From positions 1,251 through 65,250 of the IMG/VR virus record IMGVR_UViG_3300017917_000723: a DNA stretch of 64,000 bases; one strand, written 5' to 3'. The position numbers were made by a program, and so were the translations under genes. Below are positions 38,112 to 49,500 of the stretch, in pieces. Every line of letters begins with the position of its first letter. Position 1 is the first letter of the stretch. This stretch comes from a virus (lineage: Duplodnaviria > Caudoviricetes). The notes below the pieces were generated by a model. The model was not told where the DNA came from. It ran no database searches and worked only from the letters and a program-made list of their open reading frames with translations.

Positions 38112-39095
38112 TTATCTTACCCAAGTTGTGTAACCAACACAGTCGTATGCGTTTCCGTCGATGTGATACCATCCTTCATAAGCACCTTCAGTTGCGCCGT
38201 GGCCTATGTATGTACCTGTAGTAGGATCTCCGCTAGATCCAGCTGTTGCTGCGGCGCCAACTGTAATTTGATTAGAATTAGATGTATAACCACCGTTAAG
38301 TCTATCAGCTTTTACACTGTCTAGTATAAAATAATTTGATGAACTCTGGGTACTGCCGTATGCTCTAACACTTTGTTCTCGTCTTGTTACAGCAGTTAGT
38401 CTGGCACTACCAGTAACATCTTGGCGAATATCCCAAATCCATACTCCGCACATTCCCAGATTTCCTGTAGATCCTGCAGTTGGCCAACTATAAAGATCAG
38501 CTCTTATAGAACCGGCGCCACCTGCTGCGGTTGCCTGCGAAGTTCCCGTACCACCAAATAAGAAAATTCTAGCTTGGTCAAAATTTAAATTGTTAATCAT
38601 AGGTCCTATGATGTAATCAAAATTAGGACTTATTACTGCTCCTACAGCAGATGACAACAACGGGCCACTCTGACCCGGACGATCTAATTCGTAGAGTTGG
38701 TTTTGTCTAGATGTTCCGCTTGGAATAGTAGTATCTGCAGAATGATTAGAAGCTACCATCATCCAACCACCACCGTGAAAATCCATGTCACAATACAGTT
38801 GTTGAGCTGTTGCAAATCCCGAAGGTTGTATCCAATAAAGTCCGCTTGCTGCTGTAGGATTTGCTGCTAAAATATGTAAAGCACTTCTAGCTGGATTAGT
38901 TGACGTAGATCCTAGATCTACATTTCTCTTAACAGAATTAACTATCCAAGCTGTTCCGTTATATACTTCAATAACACCTGTGACAGAATTACGTCTAAGC
39001 TGTCCTACAGCGGGAGTGGGTCTTTCCGCGGTAGTGCCGACGGGTGCTTGTAAAAATCCTGTATCATTAACTGTAAGACTTGATAGTGTAGCCAT
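38112..39095 (-). CDS. Fibre/receptor-binding protein paralog: adaptor plus fibrinogen-like domain
   Basis: MATLSSLTVNDTG...GTTAERP...EVYNGTAW, then SGLYWIQP...YCDMDFHGGGWMMV. Confidence 0.75.
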   Translation of the reverse strand: MATLSSLTVNDTGFLQAPVGTTAERPTPAVGQLRRNSVTGVIEVYNGTAWIVNSVKRNVDLGSTSTNPARSALHILAANPTAASGLYWIQPSGFATAQQLYCDMDFHGGGWMMVASNHSADTTIPSGTSRQNQLYELDRPGQSGPLLSSAVGAVISPNFDYIIGPMINNLNFDQARIFLFGGTGTSQATAAGGAGSIRADLYSWPTAGSTGNLGMCGVWIWDIRQDVTGSARLTAVTRREQSVRAYGSTQSSSNYFILDSVKADRLNGGYTSNSNQITVGAAATAGSSGDPTTGTYIGHGATEGAYEGWYHIDGNAYDCVGYTTWVR

Positions 39096-39118
39096 ATTAT
39101 TTTCGCTTTATTATATAT

Positions 39119-39301
39119 TTACCATTTTTGCAGAGGGCAAGACTGCGACATCATTCTCGCTTTTAAAGGCATAAAGCATAGGCATTTTGAGCACTGTTTT
39201 GTTAATTTTACAAAATTTTCGCATTTTTTACAGATCTCAATCCTACGCACATATTCCTGATAGTTACTGTCTGAGGTTGGGATCATCGCAGCAATTGTCA
39301 T
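39119..39301 (-). CDS. Small Cys-rich metal-binding protein (DUF6171-like)
   Basis: RRIEICKKCE...QCSKCLCFMPLKA...CPLQKW. Start uncertain. Confidence 0.7.
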   Translation of the reverse strand: MTIAAMIPTSDSNYQEYVRRIEICKKCENFVKLTKQCSKCLCFMPLKARMMSQSCPLQKW

Positions 39302-39641
39302 CCATAGAAACCCATGATTCTGTTGGCTCGTCCCACAGATAAGGTTTTTTTGGATCCGGATAAGGAATAGGTGGTTCCCATCTCCATATATCTCCTGACT
39401 TATTTAGAACCCACGAAGGAAACGGAGAAGGATCATAGAATTTATCTGCACCGGCATCGTAGATAGATCCGGGGCTTGCTGGGTTTCCTCTAAATCCTAC
39501 GTCTGTGTCGTTCTCTCTTTTCCATGTTTCAAGCCACTGAGCTGGGTCTCCGAAAGTTCCGTTTTGTATAACTGTCTCGTCTTGAACAACTATAACGTTT
39601 TCTACTATGTTATCTTTGTTAATTTTAGCAAAATATTTCAT
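39264..39641 (-). CDS. Fibre-associated hypothetical protein
   Basis: MKYFAKI...VENVIVV...FRGNPA..G.IYD...D.FY.P.PFPSW...WEPPIPYP is of a type commonly found next to Gly-rich fibre genes. AGGAG SD; start 39641. Confidence 0.75.
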   Translation of the reverse strand: MKYFAKINKDNIVENVIVVQDETVIQNGTFGDPAQWLETWKRENDTDVGFRGNPASPGSIYDAGADKFYDPSPFPSWVLNKSGDIWRWEPPIPYPDPKKPYLWDEPTESWVSMDDNCCDDPNLRQ

Positions 39642-40279
39642 TTTTTGTATTCCTCTCCTGTGGGCGAATAATTTGGTAAAAAATTGCACCATCCGGTAAT
39701 AATATATTTAGTTGTAGTTGGGCTGGTAATTCCTCGGTGAAAATGTGTCCAGTAAGGAGGCCAAATTACAACACTTCCTGCCCTAGCTTCAGTAACTAAA
39801 TTTTGGAATTTAAACTCAGTTCCGCCATCTGGTACATCGTTTAGATATACCATCCAAACTAACATTCTAGTTACAAACTGGGGAATTGGATTAGGAGTTT
39901 CGCAGTGCCAAGCGTAGTATCCTTCTCCGGGAGTATATCGTTGTATGTTAAAGCCCGGCGATACCTGCCACGGGGCTATTCCATCTATGCCAGATATTCC
40001 AAATTCATCGGTGAAAAAACTGTAGATCTTTTTATACTCTTCGATTTCGCTGCTTAGGGAAATCATAAACTCTCTTAGAGATTCATACCAAGCATGTCCA
40101 GGAACAAAAAAATCGGGATTTAGTCCAATTTCTGTATCCTGTTTCCAGGACGGATTATTTTTTGATAATCCGCCCGTCGAACCTCTGATATGTAAATGAG
40201 GGTGAGACTCGAATAGTTCTATTAGTTTAGAACATAATTCTGGCCGTAGTGCGTTTTCTTTGTAATGTATAAAATTCAT
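39638..40279 (-). CDS. 2OG-Fe(II) oxygenase embedded in the fibre operon
   Basis: IQRYTPGEGYYAWHCE, YLNDVPDGGTEF, WTHFHRG and KYIITGW. Confidence 0.9.
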   Translation of the reverse strand: MNFIHYKENALRPELCSKLIELFESHPHLHIRGSTGGLSKNNPSWKQDTEIGLNPDFFVPGHAWYESLREFMISLSSEIEEYKKIYSFFTDEFGISGIDGIAPWQVSPGFNIQRYTPGEGYYAWHCETPNPIPQFVTRMLVWMVYLNDVPDGGTEFKFQNLVTEARAGSVVIWPPYWTHFHRGITSPTTTKYIITGWCNFLPNYSPTGEEYKK

Positions 40280-40343
40280 ATAATCGATCCGTTAATAACT
40301 TAATTATTTTAATTATTAAAGAATTTCTTATAAAATGAATACA

Positions 40344-42179
40344 TTAAAAGTTCGGTCTCATTCTAACAGGATATCTGATGATAGCTACACCGTTACCGCC
40401 TGCTCCGCTGTTAGTGCTGTTTGGAGCCCATCCTGCGCCACCGCCACCACCACCTAGTCCATTACCACCAGGCTGTCCTTTTGGATGTCCTGCTGAGCCA
40501 CCACCGCCTGCGCCTCCAATACCAGTTCTTCCAGGACCGCCGTTGGAACAAGTTGATCCTGCACCTCCACCTGCATAGTATTGTAGACTTCCGGAAATTG
40601 TATAAGCACGTCCCTGACCGCCGTCGCCGCCGTCAGTGGTTGTTCCGTCAACTCCCACGGTTCCTGCACCGCCACCGCCACCGCCACCCCATTCTGGGCC
40701 GCTATTATTTCCGTTGCCGCCGGCATTACCAAAACCGCCATTGGCGCTCTGTGGTTGATCTGCGCCGCCTGTTGGCGCTGTGTAAGGGTTGGCACCACCG
40801 CCACCGGAGCCGCCTGCGTTTCCTCTACCAGAGTTAACACCTGAGCCACCGCCACCGCCACCACCACCACGTGCAGTAAGTCCAAAGAATGTTGTGTTAC
40901 CCCCATTATTACCAACTGCTGCTGTGCCTGAAGGTCTTGCTGCTCCTCCCGAGCCGATAGTCACAGGATATGTTCCTGGAGACACCTGCCAGGTATACTC
41001 GTGGATTAATCCGCCAGCGCCGCCGCCACCGTTTGAACAGTTGTTTTGTGCTGCGCCACCGCTGCCTCCACCGCCAACCAATAATATCTCTGCTGCTCTG
41101 GTAAATCCGCTAGATACTGTAAATGTTCCTGAATTCCAGAAAGTATGAACTCTAAAGATCATACCATCTTCTTCATAATCGACAATTCTGTCACCGCCAG
41201 TGGCTACAACAGAATTTTCTAAATGATCCCAATATGTTCCATCATTTGTTTCTACTTGGCCGTTAACATATCTAAGTTGGCCGGCTGCTGCAGAAAGTCC
41301 ATTAGGGTTAGTATATCTAATAATAACAATACCAGGGCCGCCGTTTCCGCCTCTGGCATTGTAGGAGCCATTATCAAATGAGCCACCACCGCCACCACCG
41401 CCTGTGGCAAAGCGTCCGTCTTGTCCGGCATCATTGCCGCCGCCGCCGTGGCCGCCGCCACCCCAGCCTCCCATACCACCTTGGCCTCGACCAAAAGCAG
41501 TAGATCCGCCACCGCCACCGGCATAGTAAGTTGGTTTTCCGCTGATGCTATATCTTACACCGATTCCTCCGTGTCCACCCTGGCCGTCATTATTTGCCAC
41601 ACATCCTGGGCTTGAAGTTATAAATGGAACAATATTTCCGTTACCGCCAGCACCGGCAGAGCCACCACCTGCATATCCCTGTGCAGTAGTACCGCAAGAT
41701 CCAGATCCAGAAGTATATGTTATTCCCGACGAAGTAGTACTACCCCCTTGGCTACCACCTCCTGCACTTAAAATTGTAGGTCCTGAACCAAATGTTGTTG
41801 CTGATCCTGCTGAACCGCCCGACGGAGAATAAGGTGAAGTTTGAGGACTACCGTTCGCTGCTGGTCCAGTACCGCCTGCACCGATCGTAATCGGATATGT
41901 TGTTCCTGGAGATACTGGATAGCTGGCTGCTACCCTAGGACTTTCTGGACCGTAATATAATACTGAGCCGGCTGAGCCTCCGTTAGCATGTCGTTGACCA
42001 CCAGCTCCGCCTCCACCAACCATCAATAACTGAATACTAGTTACTCCAGTCGGTGCTGTCCATGATCCGCTGGCTGTAAAAATTTCAACTACGTCTCCCG
42101 GTCTTTGAGCATTAGTAGACCCTACAGGGAGTTGTAAAGCATCCGTACCTGAAATCGTAGTATTTTTTAATGTTGCCAT
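40344..42179 (-). CDS. Glycine-rich fibre/adhesin protein with two tandem Gly-rich domains
   Basis: Two copies of FT/FW.SG.(W/F)T...L.VGGGG.GG...YYAGGG...GG.G..IIRY, plus the adaptor motif. Confidence 0.8.
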   Translation of the reverse strand: MATLKNTTISGTDALQLPVGSTNAQRPGDVVEIFTASGSWTAPTGVTSIQLLMVGGGGAGGQRHANGGSAGSVLYYGPESPRVAASYPVSPGTTYPITIGAGGTGPAANGSPQTSPYSPSGGSAGSATTFGSGPTILSAGGGSQGGSTTSSGITYTSGSGSCGTTAQGYAGGGSAGAGGNGNIVPFITSSPGCVANNDGQGGHGGIGVRYSISGKPTYYAGGGGGSTAFGRGQGGMGGWGGGGHGGGGNDAGQDGRFATGGGGGGGSFDNGSYNARGGNGGPGIVIIRYTNPNGLSAAAGQLRYVNGQVETNDGTYWDHLENSVVATGGDRIVDYEEDGMIFRVHTFWNSGTFTVSSGFTRAAEILLVGGGGSGGAAQNNCSNGGGGAGGLIHEYTWQVSPGTYPVTIGSGGAARPSGTAAVGNNGGNTTFFGLTARGGGGGGGGSGVNSGRGNAGGSGGGGANPYTAPTGGADQPQSANGGFGNAGGNGNNSGPEWGGGGGGGAGTVGVDGTTTDGGDGGQGRAYTISGSLQYYAGGGAGSTCSNGGPGRTGIGGAGGGGSAGHPKGQPGGNGLGGGGGGAGWAPNSTNSGAGGNGVAIIRYPVRMRPNF

Positions 42180-43147
42180 TATCTATTACCTTTTAATTGT
42201 TCGATTTCACTCTTTAAAGTTTTTATAGATTCTATTAGGTAAGCACCTAATTTTGTATATTTAACACCGTAAGGCTTACCGTTTTCGTCCAAACTGACTA
42301 AATCTGGTGCTACCTTATAGACATGTTCAGCAATCAAACCAGCTTCGTGTTCTTTATTATCTTTACGATCATAAGTTACACCGGCTAATTGCATGATTAA
42401 ATCTAAAGCATTATCGATAGGATTAATATTTTCCTTAAATGTAATACTTGAAGTTTCAACTAGTGTAGTACAGGTTAACTGCCCACTTACTCCTACACCA
42501 CCAGTGACAACTAATGTTCCTGTACCTGTTGTACTTGAAGCTACACCGTCAGTCATTAGCACAGAAGCTGTTGCTTTAGTAGCCGATGTTGTACCTCTTA
42601 ACGTTAAAGTTCCGCTGTTAGAAGCACTGCCATACATGTTTGCTGCTAATAAAGCTGTAGCTGTCAATTCACCTGTACTAGGAACAAAACTTAAGTTTGT
42701 TCTAGCCAACGGTGTTAACGAACTAGGTAAAGATCCGCTGTTAGTTGCAAATATTGGATAGTGTACAGTTGCAGTAGATCCTGGATCTGACACAGAGATT
42801 GATAAGCTCGAAGGACTGATCCAACTTAAATTACCGCTGCCATCGGAAGAAAGAACATATCCACTGCCTGCCGATACCGCTGCTGGCCAAGTAATTGTGT
42901 AATTGCTCGACATGCTGGCGCTGGCTTTGATAGCAATATAATTTGTACCGTTGGCTGTAGCTTCGAATAGTTGTAACGTCTTATTAGCAGTTATAGCTAC
43001 GTCTGTGCTAGACGAAACAATACCGGTTCCGTTAGGAGCCAATGTAAGATTGCTATTTGTTTGAGTTGTTGTTAATGTGCTTTGATTAGCCGAGACGTTA
43101 CCAATTTTTTCTAAACCAACCGAAGCACCGCTTGTTCTTCTTCCCAT
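42179..43147 (-). CDS. Tail fibre protein with C-terminal intramolecular chaperone (peptidase S74-like)
   Basis: TSSITFKENINPI...GLIAEHV..APDLV...VKYTKL..YLIESIK.L coiled-coil tail. Confidence 0.85.
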   Translation of the reverse strand: MGRRTSGASVGLEKIGNVSANQSTLTTTQTNSNLTLAPNGTGIVSSSTDVAITANKTLQLFEATANGTNYIAIKASASMSSNYTITWPAAVSAGSGYVLSSDGSGNLSWISPSSLSISVSDPGSTATVHYPIFATNSGSLPSSLTPLARTNLSFVPSTGELTATALLAANMYGSASNSGTLTLRGTTSATKATASVLMTDGVASSTTGTGTLVVTGGVGVSGQLTCTTLVETSSITFKENINPIDNALDLIMQLAGVTYDRKDNKEHEAGLIAEHVYKVAPDLVSLDENGKPYGVKYTKLGAYLIESIKTLKSEIEQLKGNR

Positions 43148-43159
43148 GTTTTATCCACC

Positions 43160-43492
43160 TTATGCTGTTGATGTTTCGATACCGTAGGCTACACACGTAA
43201 CTGTTGGTGTTGCTGATGATATGTTTACTACTAAGTATTTTCCAGCATCCATTACTAAACCTGTACGTTCTAAAACACCGTTAGCTACAATAGATGCATC
43301 ATATTCGATCCATTCATCAGTCCCCGGTGTTGCAGTACCAGATATTGCTATTCTAACAGAAGCAGCTGCTGAGCTGTTTCGGTTAACGATGTTTAAACTA
43401 ACTACAGCAAAAGTACTTGCAGGTACTGTGTAGATAGTGGTATTGGTAGAAGCACTTGTAATGTTAGCTGTACCTAATCTTCCTGTTGCCAT
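43160..43492 (-). CDS. Small beta-rich virion protein (paralog family A)
   Basis: 110 aa, with a similar pattern to 57090..57422 and 61184..61588. Confidence 0.7.
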   Translation of the reverse strand: MATGRLGTANITSASTNTTIYTVPASTFAVVSLNIVNRNSSAAASVRIAISGTATPGTDEWIEYDASIVANGVLERTGLVMDAGKYLVVNISSATPTVTCVAYGIETSTA

Positions 43493-43509
43493 TATAAAAT
43501 CTCCATTTA

Positions 43510-46500
43510 TTAATTATTTAAGAAATAATTCCAAGCTACTGGGTAACCTCTTACTCCGGCTTGGAAGTTAAAGGTAGCCTTCATTTGGATTGTTCCGCCT
43601 GTTGTTGTTGTGATTTGTGTTCCTGAAATTGAAACAAAACCAGCTACGATACTATTTACGTTCAAAGATGCACCACCGCCACCGATTTGTGCAGCAATAT
43701 ACGCCTTAATAGCTTTTTGTGTCGGAACAACAGTATCACTATTAGCTGTTAAGAACGGATCAGTTGAAAATTCAGTAATCGTTGCTGAATTTCCGCCTAG
43801 TGTAATATTACCTAGTGATAATTCTGTTAGACCTGCAATATTAAATGCATCAGCATTCAATGTTGCCTTACCAGTTGCTTGTTCGATAACAAACAATTCA
43901 CCAACTCTAAAGTTACCGTCTTGGTCAGTACTTGTGTAGAACACGCGGCCGCCGTTTAAATCGGCTGTTTCGTTACTTTGAACAGGTGCTTGAGTAGGTT
44001 CCCCTGGATAATTAGTCTCAGTAAAGTTTCCTGTACCAATATCTAGGAAATCGTGACCTGTTAATCTAACTTGGCTGTAGCGAATTCTAGTAGTTACTCC
44101 AGTTCCGTCTGCAGGGCTGTTGTATATGCTCATATTAGGAGAAATCTGTAAGAAAGCTCCTTTTGCACCGTCATATGTTCCGGTTGGTGAAAGTACCTGT
44201 ACAAGTTTATAGACAGTATTTGGTTGTGTAGAAAATACTACGTTAGCACCAGCTTCTGGACTTCCTGATAATCTACGTACAGCTATAAACGATCCGCTTT
44301 GGAAATTATTTGCATAACCGTCGCCTGTGTCTATAGTTGCTATACCAGAATCGTATCCTGTACCTCTATTAATAAAGTCTACGTTTGCACAAGCACCGTT
44401 TCCGATTCTAACTTCTGTCGGTGCTTCGTATAAATTGTTAGTATCTGTGATAGTAATTGTTGGTGCAGAACTATATGCAGAACCTGGATCTGTAATTCTA
44501 ATAGCATAGATCTTATTAGAAGAAACATATGCACGAGCTTTTGCAGTTGCGCCTAACACTGCACTAGAAGCTGCTGTAGTTGAAGCACTTGGAATAATTG
44601 CCCAAATTCCAGATTGACCTGGGTTACCGTGGGCTGCAAGACCAAAACCTGTACCGCTAGCTCTAGTAATAGCTCTAGTTGTCCAGTTTACACCGTCCTC
44701 TGAGCTAGAACCGTTGTTATTTGCAGAGTTTACTGCTAAAAATACTCCTTGTCCGTACTTGACAGATGTCCATGTTCCTGTAGTAGAGAGTGTTGAAGAA
44801 GACCAAGTTGTACCGTCTAGACTATATGCTGCGATCGATCCACTTGCATTAGATACTGCAACAAATTTATTCGCTCCGTAAGTTACGCTAATCCAATTTG
44901 AGCTACTTGGCAATGTTGCGCTAGACCATGTTGCACCACCGTCAGTTGAATATGCTGCTATATCAGTAGAACTGCCTCCGCCTGTTATAGCAACAAATAC
45001 TCCTGCACCATAGGCAATATCTACATAATTAGTAGCTGTTGGTAATGCGCCACCTGCAGTCCATGTTACTCCGCCGTTGGTAGAATATGCTGTAGCACCG
45101 TTAGCACCGATAGCTACCCATCTTCCGTTTCCGCTTACTTTACCGTAGGCTACCGCAACAGTATCTCCGGATAATCCTCCAGGTAGTGAGCCACCTGCAG
45201 TCCATGTTACTCCGCCGTCAGTTGAGTATGCATTTACTGTAGTGCTGCTTGAGATTGCTACAAGATGATTCGCAATCGGAGTAGCTGTACCAGTACCACT
45301 ACCTGCTCCTGTAGCTACAAAGTATGTTCCTACTAGATTTGCAGAAGCTCCAATGCTGGTAAACACTGTGTTACCTAATGAAGTAATAATGTATGCACGA
45401 CCTGTTACAAATCCACCAGCAGTTTCTAATACAGTTAATTCACCGCTAGCCAGTCCTCTCCAGTTAGAGGTACTTGGCAATGCTGTTGTATTAGCTACCC
45501 AGTTAATACCATCTACAGATGTGTTTACGTTTCTTGAACTTTGAGCCACAATCGCAAATTTATTTCCGCCACCTACTCCTATAAACTCAAATGCTAATAT
45601 TGCTCCAGATGTTGAATCTACTGCGGTTACAGTAATTGTGATATCGTTGGCTGTGCTTGCACCACCTACGCTGGTTCCTGCTATAGTTAGTGTATCTAAT
45701 CTAGTATAAGCTGTACCTCCTGATACAATAGATACTGAACTATATTTGATTCCTTTTTTAACAACAGTAAACGTTGCTGAACTTCCTGTACCTCCAGTTG
45801 CAGATACCGGTGTGTATACTCCGTAGGTTACAGCCCAATTTTCTGCTGAATAAGTTTGAGCTGTAGCTAAAGTTCTTCCGGTAGAACTGTATGTAGGACC
45901 AGTAAATGATACACGTGGTTCAACAATATATGTTGAACTAGCATCGGGTGCTATAATAGCTGTTCCAGGAACAATATGATCCCATCCCGATCCTCCGGTT
46001 GATTCTTTTACCACTGTGGCAACCTTTGTTCCAGAGGTATATGCAGAAACTATGCCCACCTGTCCAGCACCTGTTCCGCTGGTAATAATTACCTTCATAC
46101 CTACATAGGCACCAGTAATTTCATCATCAGTGGCTGCAAGAGTAATCGAAGAAGTAGTTCCACCTTGTGCGGTGTTAGAATTTGAAATATATCCAAATCC
46201 TCCGTAGTTTCCGTCAACTTCTGGTGCAGCTGTAGAATCGTCAACGTTATCTAACAATCTAACTTGATACACTGCACCATCTCTAAAATCAGTATGTTCA
46301 ACGGAAGCGTTTGAGTTTCCACCTGTTACTGACCATGTTGCACGAGTATAATCTATACCTGCATTATCATATTCAAATTGATATATTTCATCAATACCGT
46401 CTGTTAATACTGATCCAACAGTCACTGAATATGCTTTGTTGTCAACTTCTGCCAATATTGGAGTTTCAGTGACATCATATCCTTCTGCTACAGAACCAAA

Positions 46501-49500
46501 GTCACCGTAAGAATTGTTACCGTTCGTACCGCGGATACGTCCGCCGTTTTCTGATAGATAACCGATGTGTGAATAGTATGTGAACACTGAAACAAGTTCT
46601 GCTCTAGCATTATTTGTAACGTATGCTCCAATACCATCACTGATTAACTGAGTAAAGTCGTTAGAAACAATAGATTTGTTTCCGCCATTGTGTAAATCGC
46701 CGTCGATCTTTTGACCGATAGCAGCATATCCAAACGTTGCTACGTTTTGAACATACGGAGAACGGGCCACAATCCAAGTGCGGAAATCTGCAGGACCCCA
46801 ACCTGGGTCAAGACTTGCATAAGCACCTGCTGTTGTACGACTAGTTCCGTATTCATTTTCAGGTGTTAGGTCTCCTCTTAGACCTTCTAAGGTCATGTTT
46901 CTTAAACCAGTACCGTTTCTTAACAAGAACATGTTTTCTTCTTTGTTACCGATTACCGCATTAGTGTAGAGTTTTGTAGCAACTTGAGTTGCATAACTTC
47001 CCGGAAATTGAAGATCATGTTTAAATGCATCAATGAATTCACCGACGTCTCTTTCACAAGTGGTTTGTGCATAATACATAGAAACAGTCATTGAACCAGA
47101 TGCATCAGCTGTTATTTCAAACGGAGCAATTGCATTTCTAGTTGTAGAAATTTTAAATGTTGTTGAACTTACTATGTTTTGAACATAATAAGTAGTTCCT
47201 GCAGTTATTCCACCGAATACAGTTCCAGAGAATCTAATAGCTGTGTTGCGTTGCATCCAGCTAGTATCAGCACAGGTAAACACATCAGTGGATGCTGTGA
47301 CTGCTGTAACTGTTGTTTTGTAGGTATCATTAGTCCAAGCTGAAATTTCAGAAACAATATAATTTCTGTTTCGTTCTAATTGTAATCTTGCCCAATCAGC
47401 TGAACGTTGTTCTGTTTGACAAATAGATCCTTCAACCGAACCGCTATAGATAATGTCAGCAATCAAAGTCATATTTGCTTCGATAGAGTTTTGTGCCGTA
47501 GCATTTCCGCCAACGTTTGCCTTGGCTTGATCTTTAGCGTATAACAAGGAAGCTATAGTTGCATCTTTTAATAACTGACTTTGATATACAGAACTATTGC
47601 TTCTTCTTAGATATGCGTATGCCGCTTTAAGAGCTGCATAGTTACCGCCAAACATTAAATCATATCCGATAGCTGTTAACACTAACTGAACATCTCTTTG
47701 TGTTTTTGTTGTGTTATATGTGAGTGTAGGATAAGTTGAATTAATATAACTTACTGTATTTGATGCTATTGTAGCCGAGGCTGCACTTAATGTAGTCCAT
47801 GCAGTGACTAGGCCTGCACTTACCCAAGAAGTAGCTGGCATAAACATAACATCTGCGTCAATGTCTAAGCTACTTCCGTTGGTAAATGATGCTAATGTAG
47901 TACCATCAAAACTTGCAGCAAGTGTGAATGTTGTTGACAAAGGAACAGATTTTACATAATAAACTGTATCTGCTACTAAACCGTTAGCTGTAATTCTTGG
48001 TTTGATCGTATCGCCGACTGCTAAACCGTGTGCTGATCCTGTAGTGAATGTGTTGTTAGTTGCAATAGTTGTAATATTAATGCTAGGAGGATTACCGCTA
48101 GTAGAATCACCGCCCACTAGATTGATAATAATATCCATATTAGCACCAATGAACGAACTTGCATTGCCGCCGTTTGGTAAATTTGTGCTATCAGCCCATT
48201 GTGTTTCAAGGTTACCGGCAGTCTTAGTTACTGCGGTATTTGCAACAATTTGTTGCATTACTGTTTTTAATCTACCCTGAGATGCTACTGTAGCTCCTAG
48301 TATAGATGCTGGAATCAATGGAGTTAAATCTCCATCAAAATACGCTAATCCAGTTACGATAGATTGATAAGAATCTCCGTAGGTTAAATCATAGATCATT
48401 GCATCAACAATGTATCCTACATCTTGACGAGTATCTGTTTTTCCGTATTTTAATGTTGGGTAGTTAACTGCTAGCCAAGCTATAATTTCTTCTTGTATGA
48501 ATTTCTTATTTTCAATTAACAGTTTTCTAGCATCTCCGTATCCTCCCAAGTAACTAGTATTATAATTTGTTGGGTTAGGATATGATGCGGAAATCATAGT
48601 TCCTAATTCCCAATCAATCTTATACTTTGTTGCTCTAATTAATTTTTGTAGAGCAGTTACTTCTACAGAACTTGCAAAAGGAAAATCTGCACTTTGAATA
48701 GCAGTATTTCCTGTACTTTCGGTAACATTTGTTCCTAGAAGAATCTGTCCTAAGACAGTTTCCATTCTGCCAAAAGATCCAACAGTGTATTTTGCATCTG
48801 TGATATGTACTAAACTATCACTTGGTGATACATGTACTGAACGTACCTCATCACCAACTATAGCAGTTTCTGCTGGAACAATAATCGGTAGTGTTTCAAA
48901 ATAATTTCCAGTCTTAACAAAAACTGTATTATTTGGTACTATTCTAGAAGGTAAGTTAGTTGTTACTTGATCTGTTAATGCTGTGGTAATAATTCCAACT
49001 AATTCATTAACTCTATCAGTCACTCCTGTTTCAGCTGTATAATCAGTATCAATAGTCTGTGCTACGATCGATGTAGAATCTAATGCCAATGTTTGATAAA
49101 CAGTTGTAGGAGCTTCGTTGGCCAATACTGCATAAATTACTTCTTCCATGTAATTATATGCTGCTATACCTTCATCGGCTTCCGATGCCAATGTCACATA
49201 TGTTTGACTTTCTTCTGGTGCTGTAAATTCACCAGATTCCCCAAACGCACCTAAAAGACTAAATGCCGCAGCACGTACCTTTAAGTTTCCTCCGTGGCTG
49301 ATGTCCCAGATTAATCGATCTACAACAAATCCAACATCTCGTTCGCACTTGTATTCATCATAATCGAATGAAGATGTAAATGGACTGATGTTGTTGGTTA
49401 TCTGATAACGAATCCAAGCACTTACTTCTTTCTGTATAAATGCACGATTTAACTCTAATAATGTTTTAGCTTGTGGATTTAGAGCACCTTTTTCGATTTG

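Noticed and set aside
40378-41832. Pro-rich and other alternative-frame ORFs over the Gly-rich gene
   Set aside because: They are shadows of GGN codon runs (CCN on the opposite strand), with no SD or promoter support.
37067-42179. Diversity-generating retroelement targeting the fibre tips
   Set aside because: There is no reverse transcriptase in the window, and I saw no template/variable repeat pair differing only at adenines.
45049-45218. 29-nt direct repeat as a CRISPR-like array or recombination site
   Set aside because: There are only two copies, in frame within coding Asp-box repeats, with no cas genes or spacer series.
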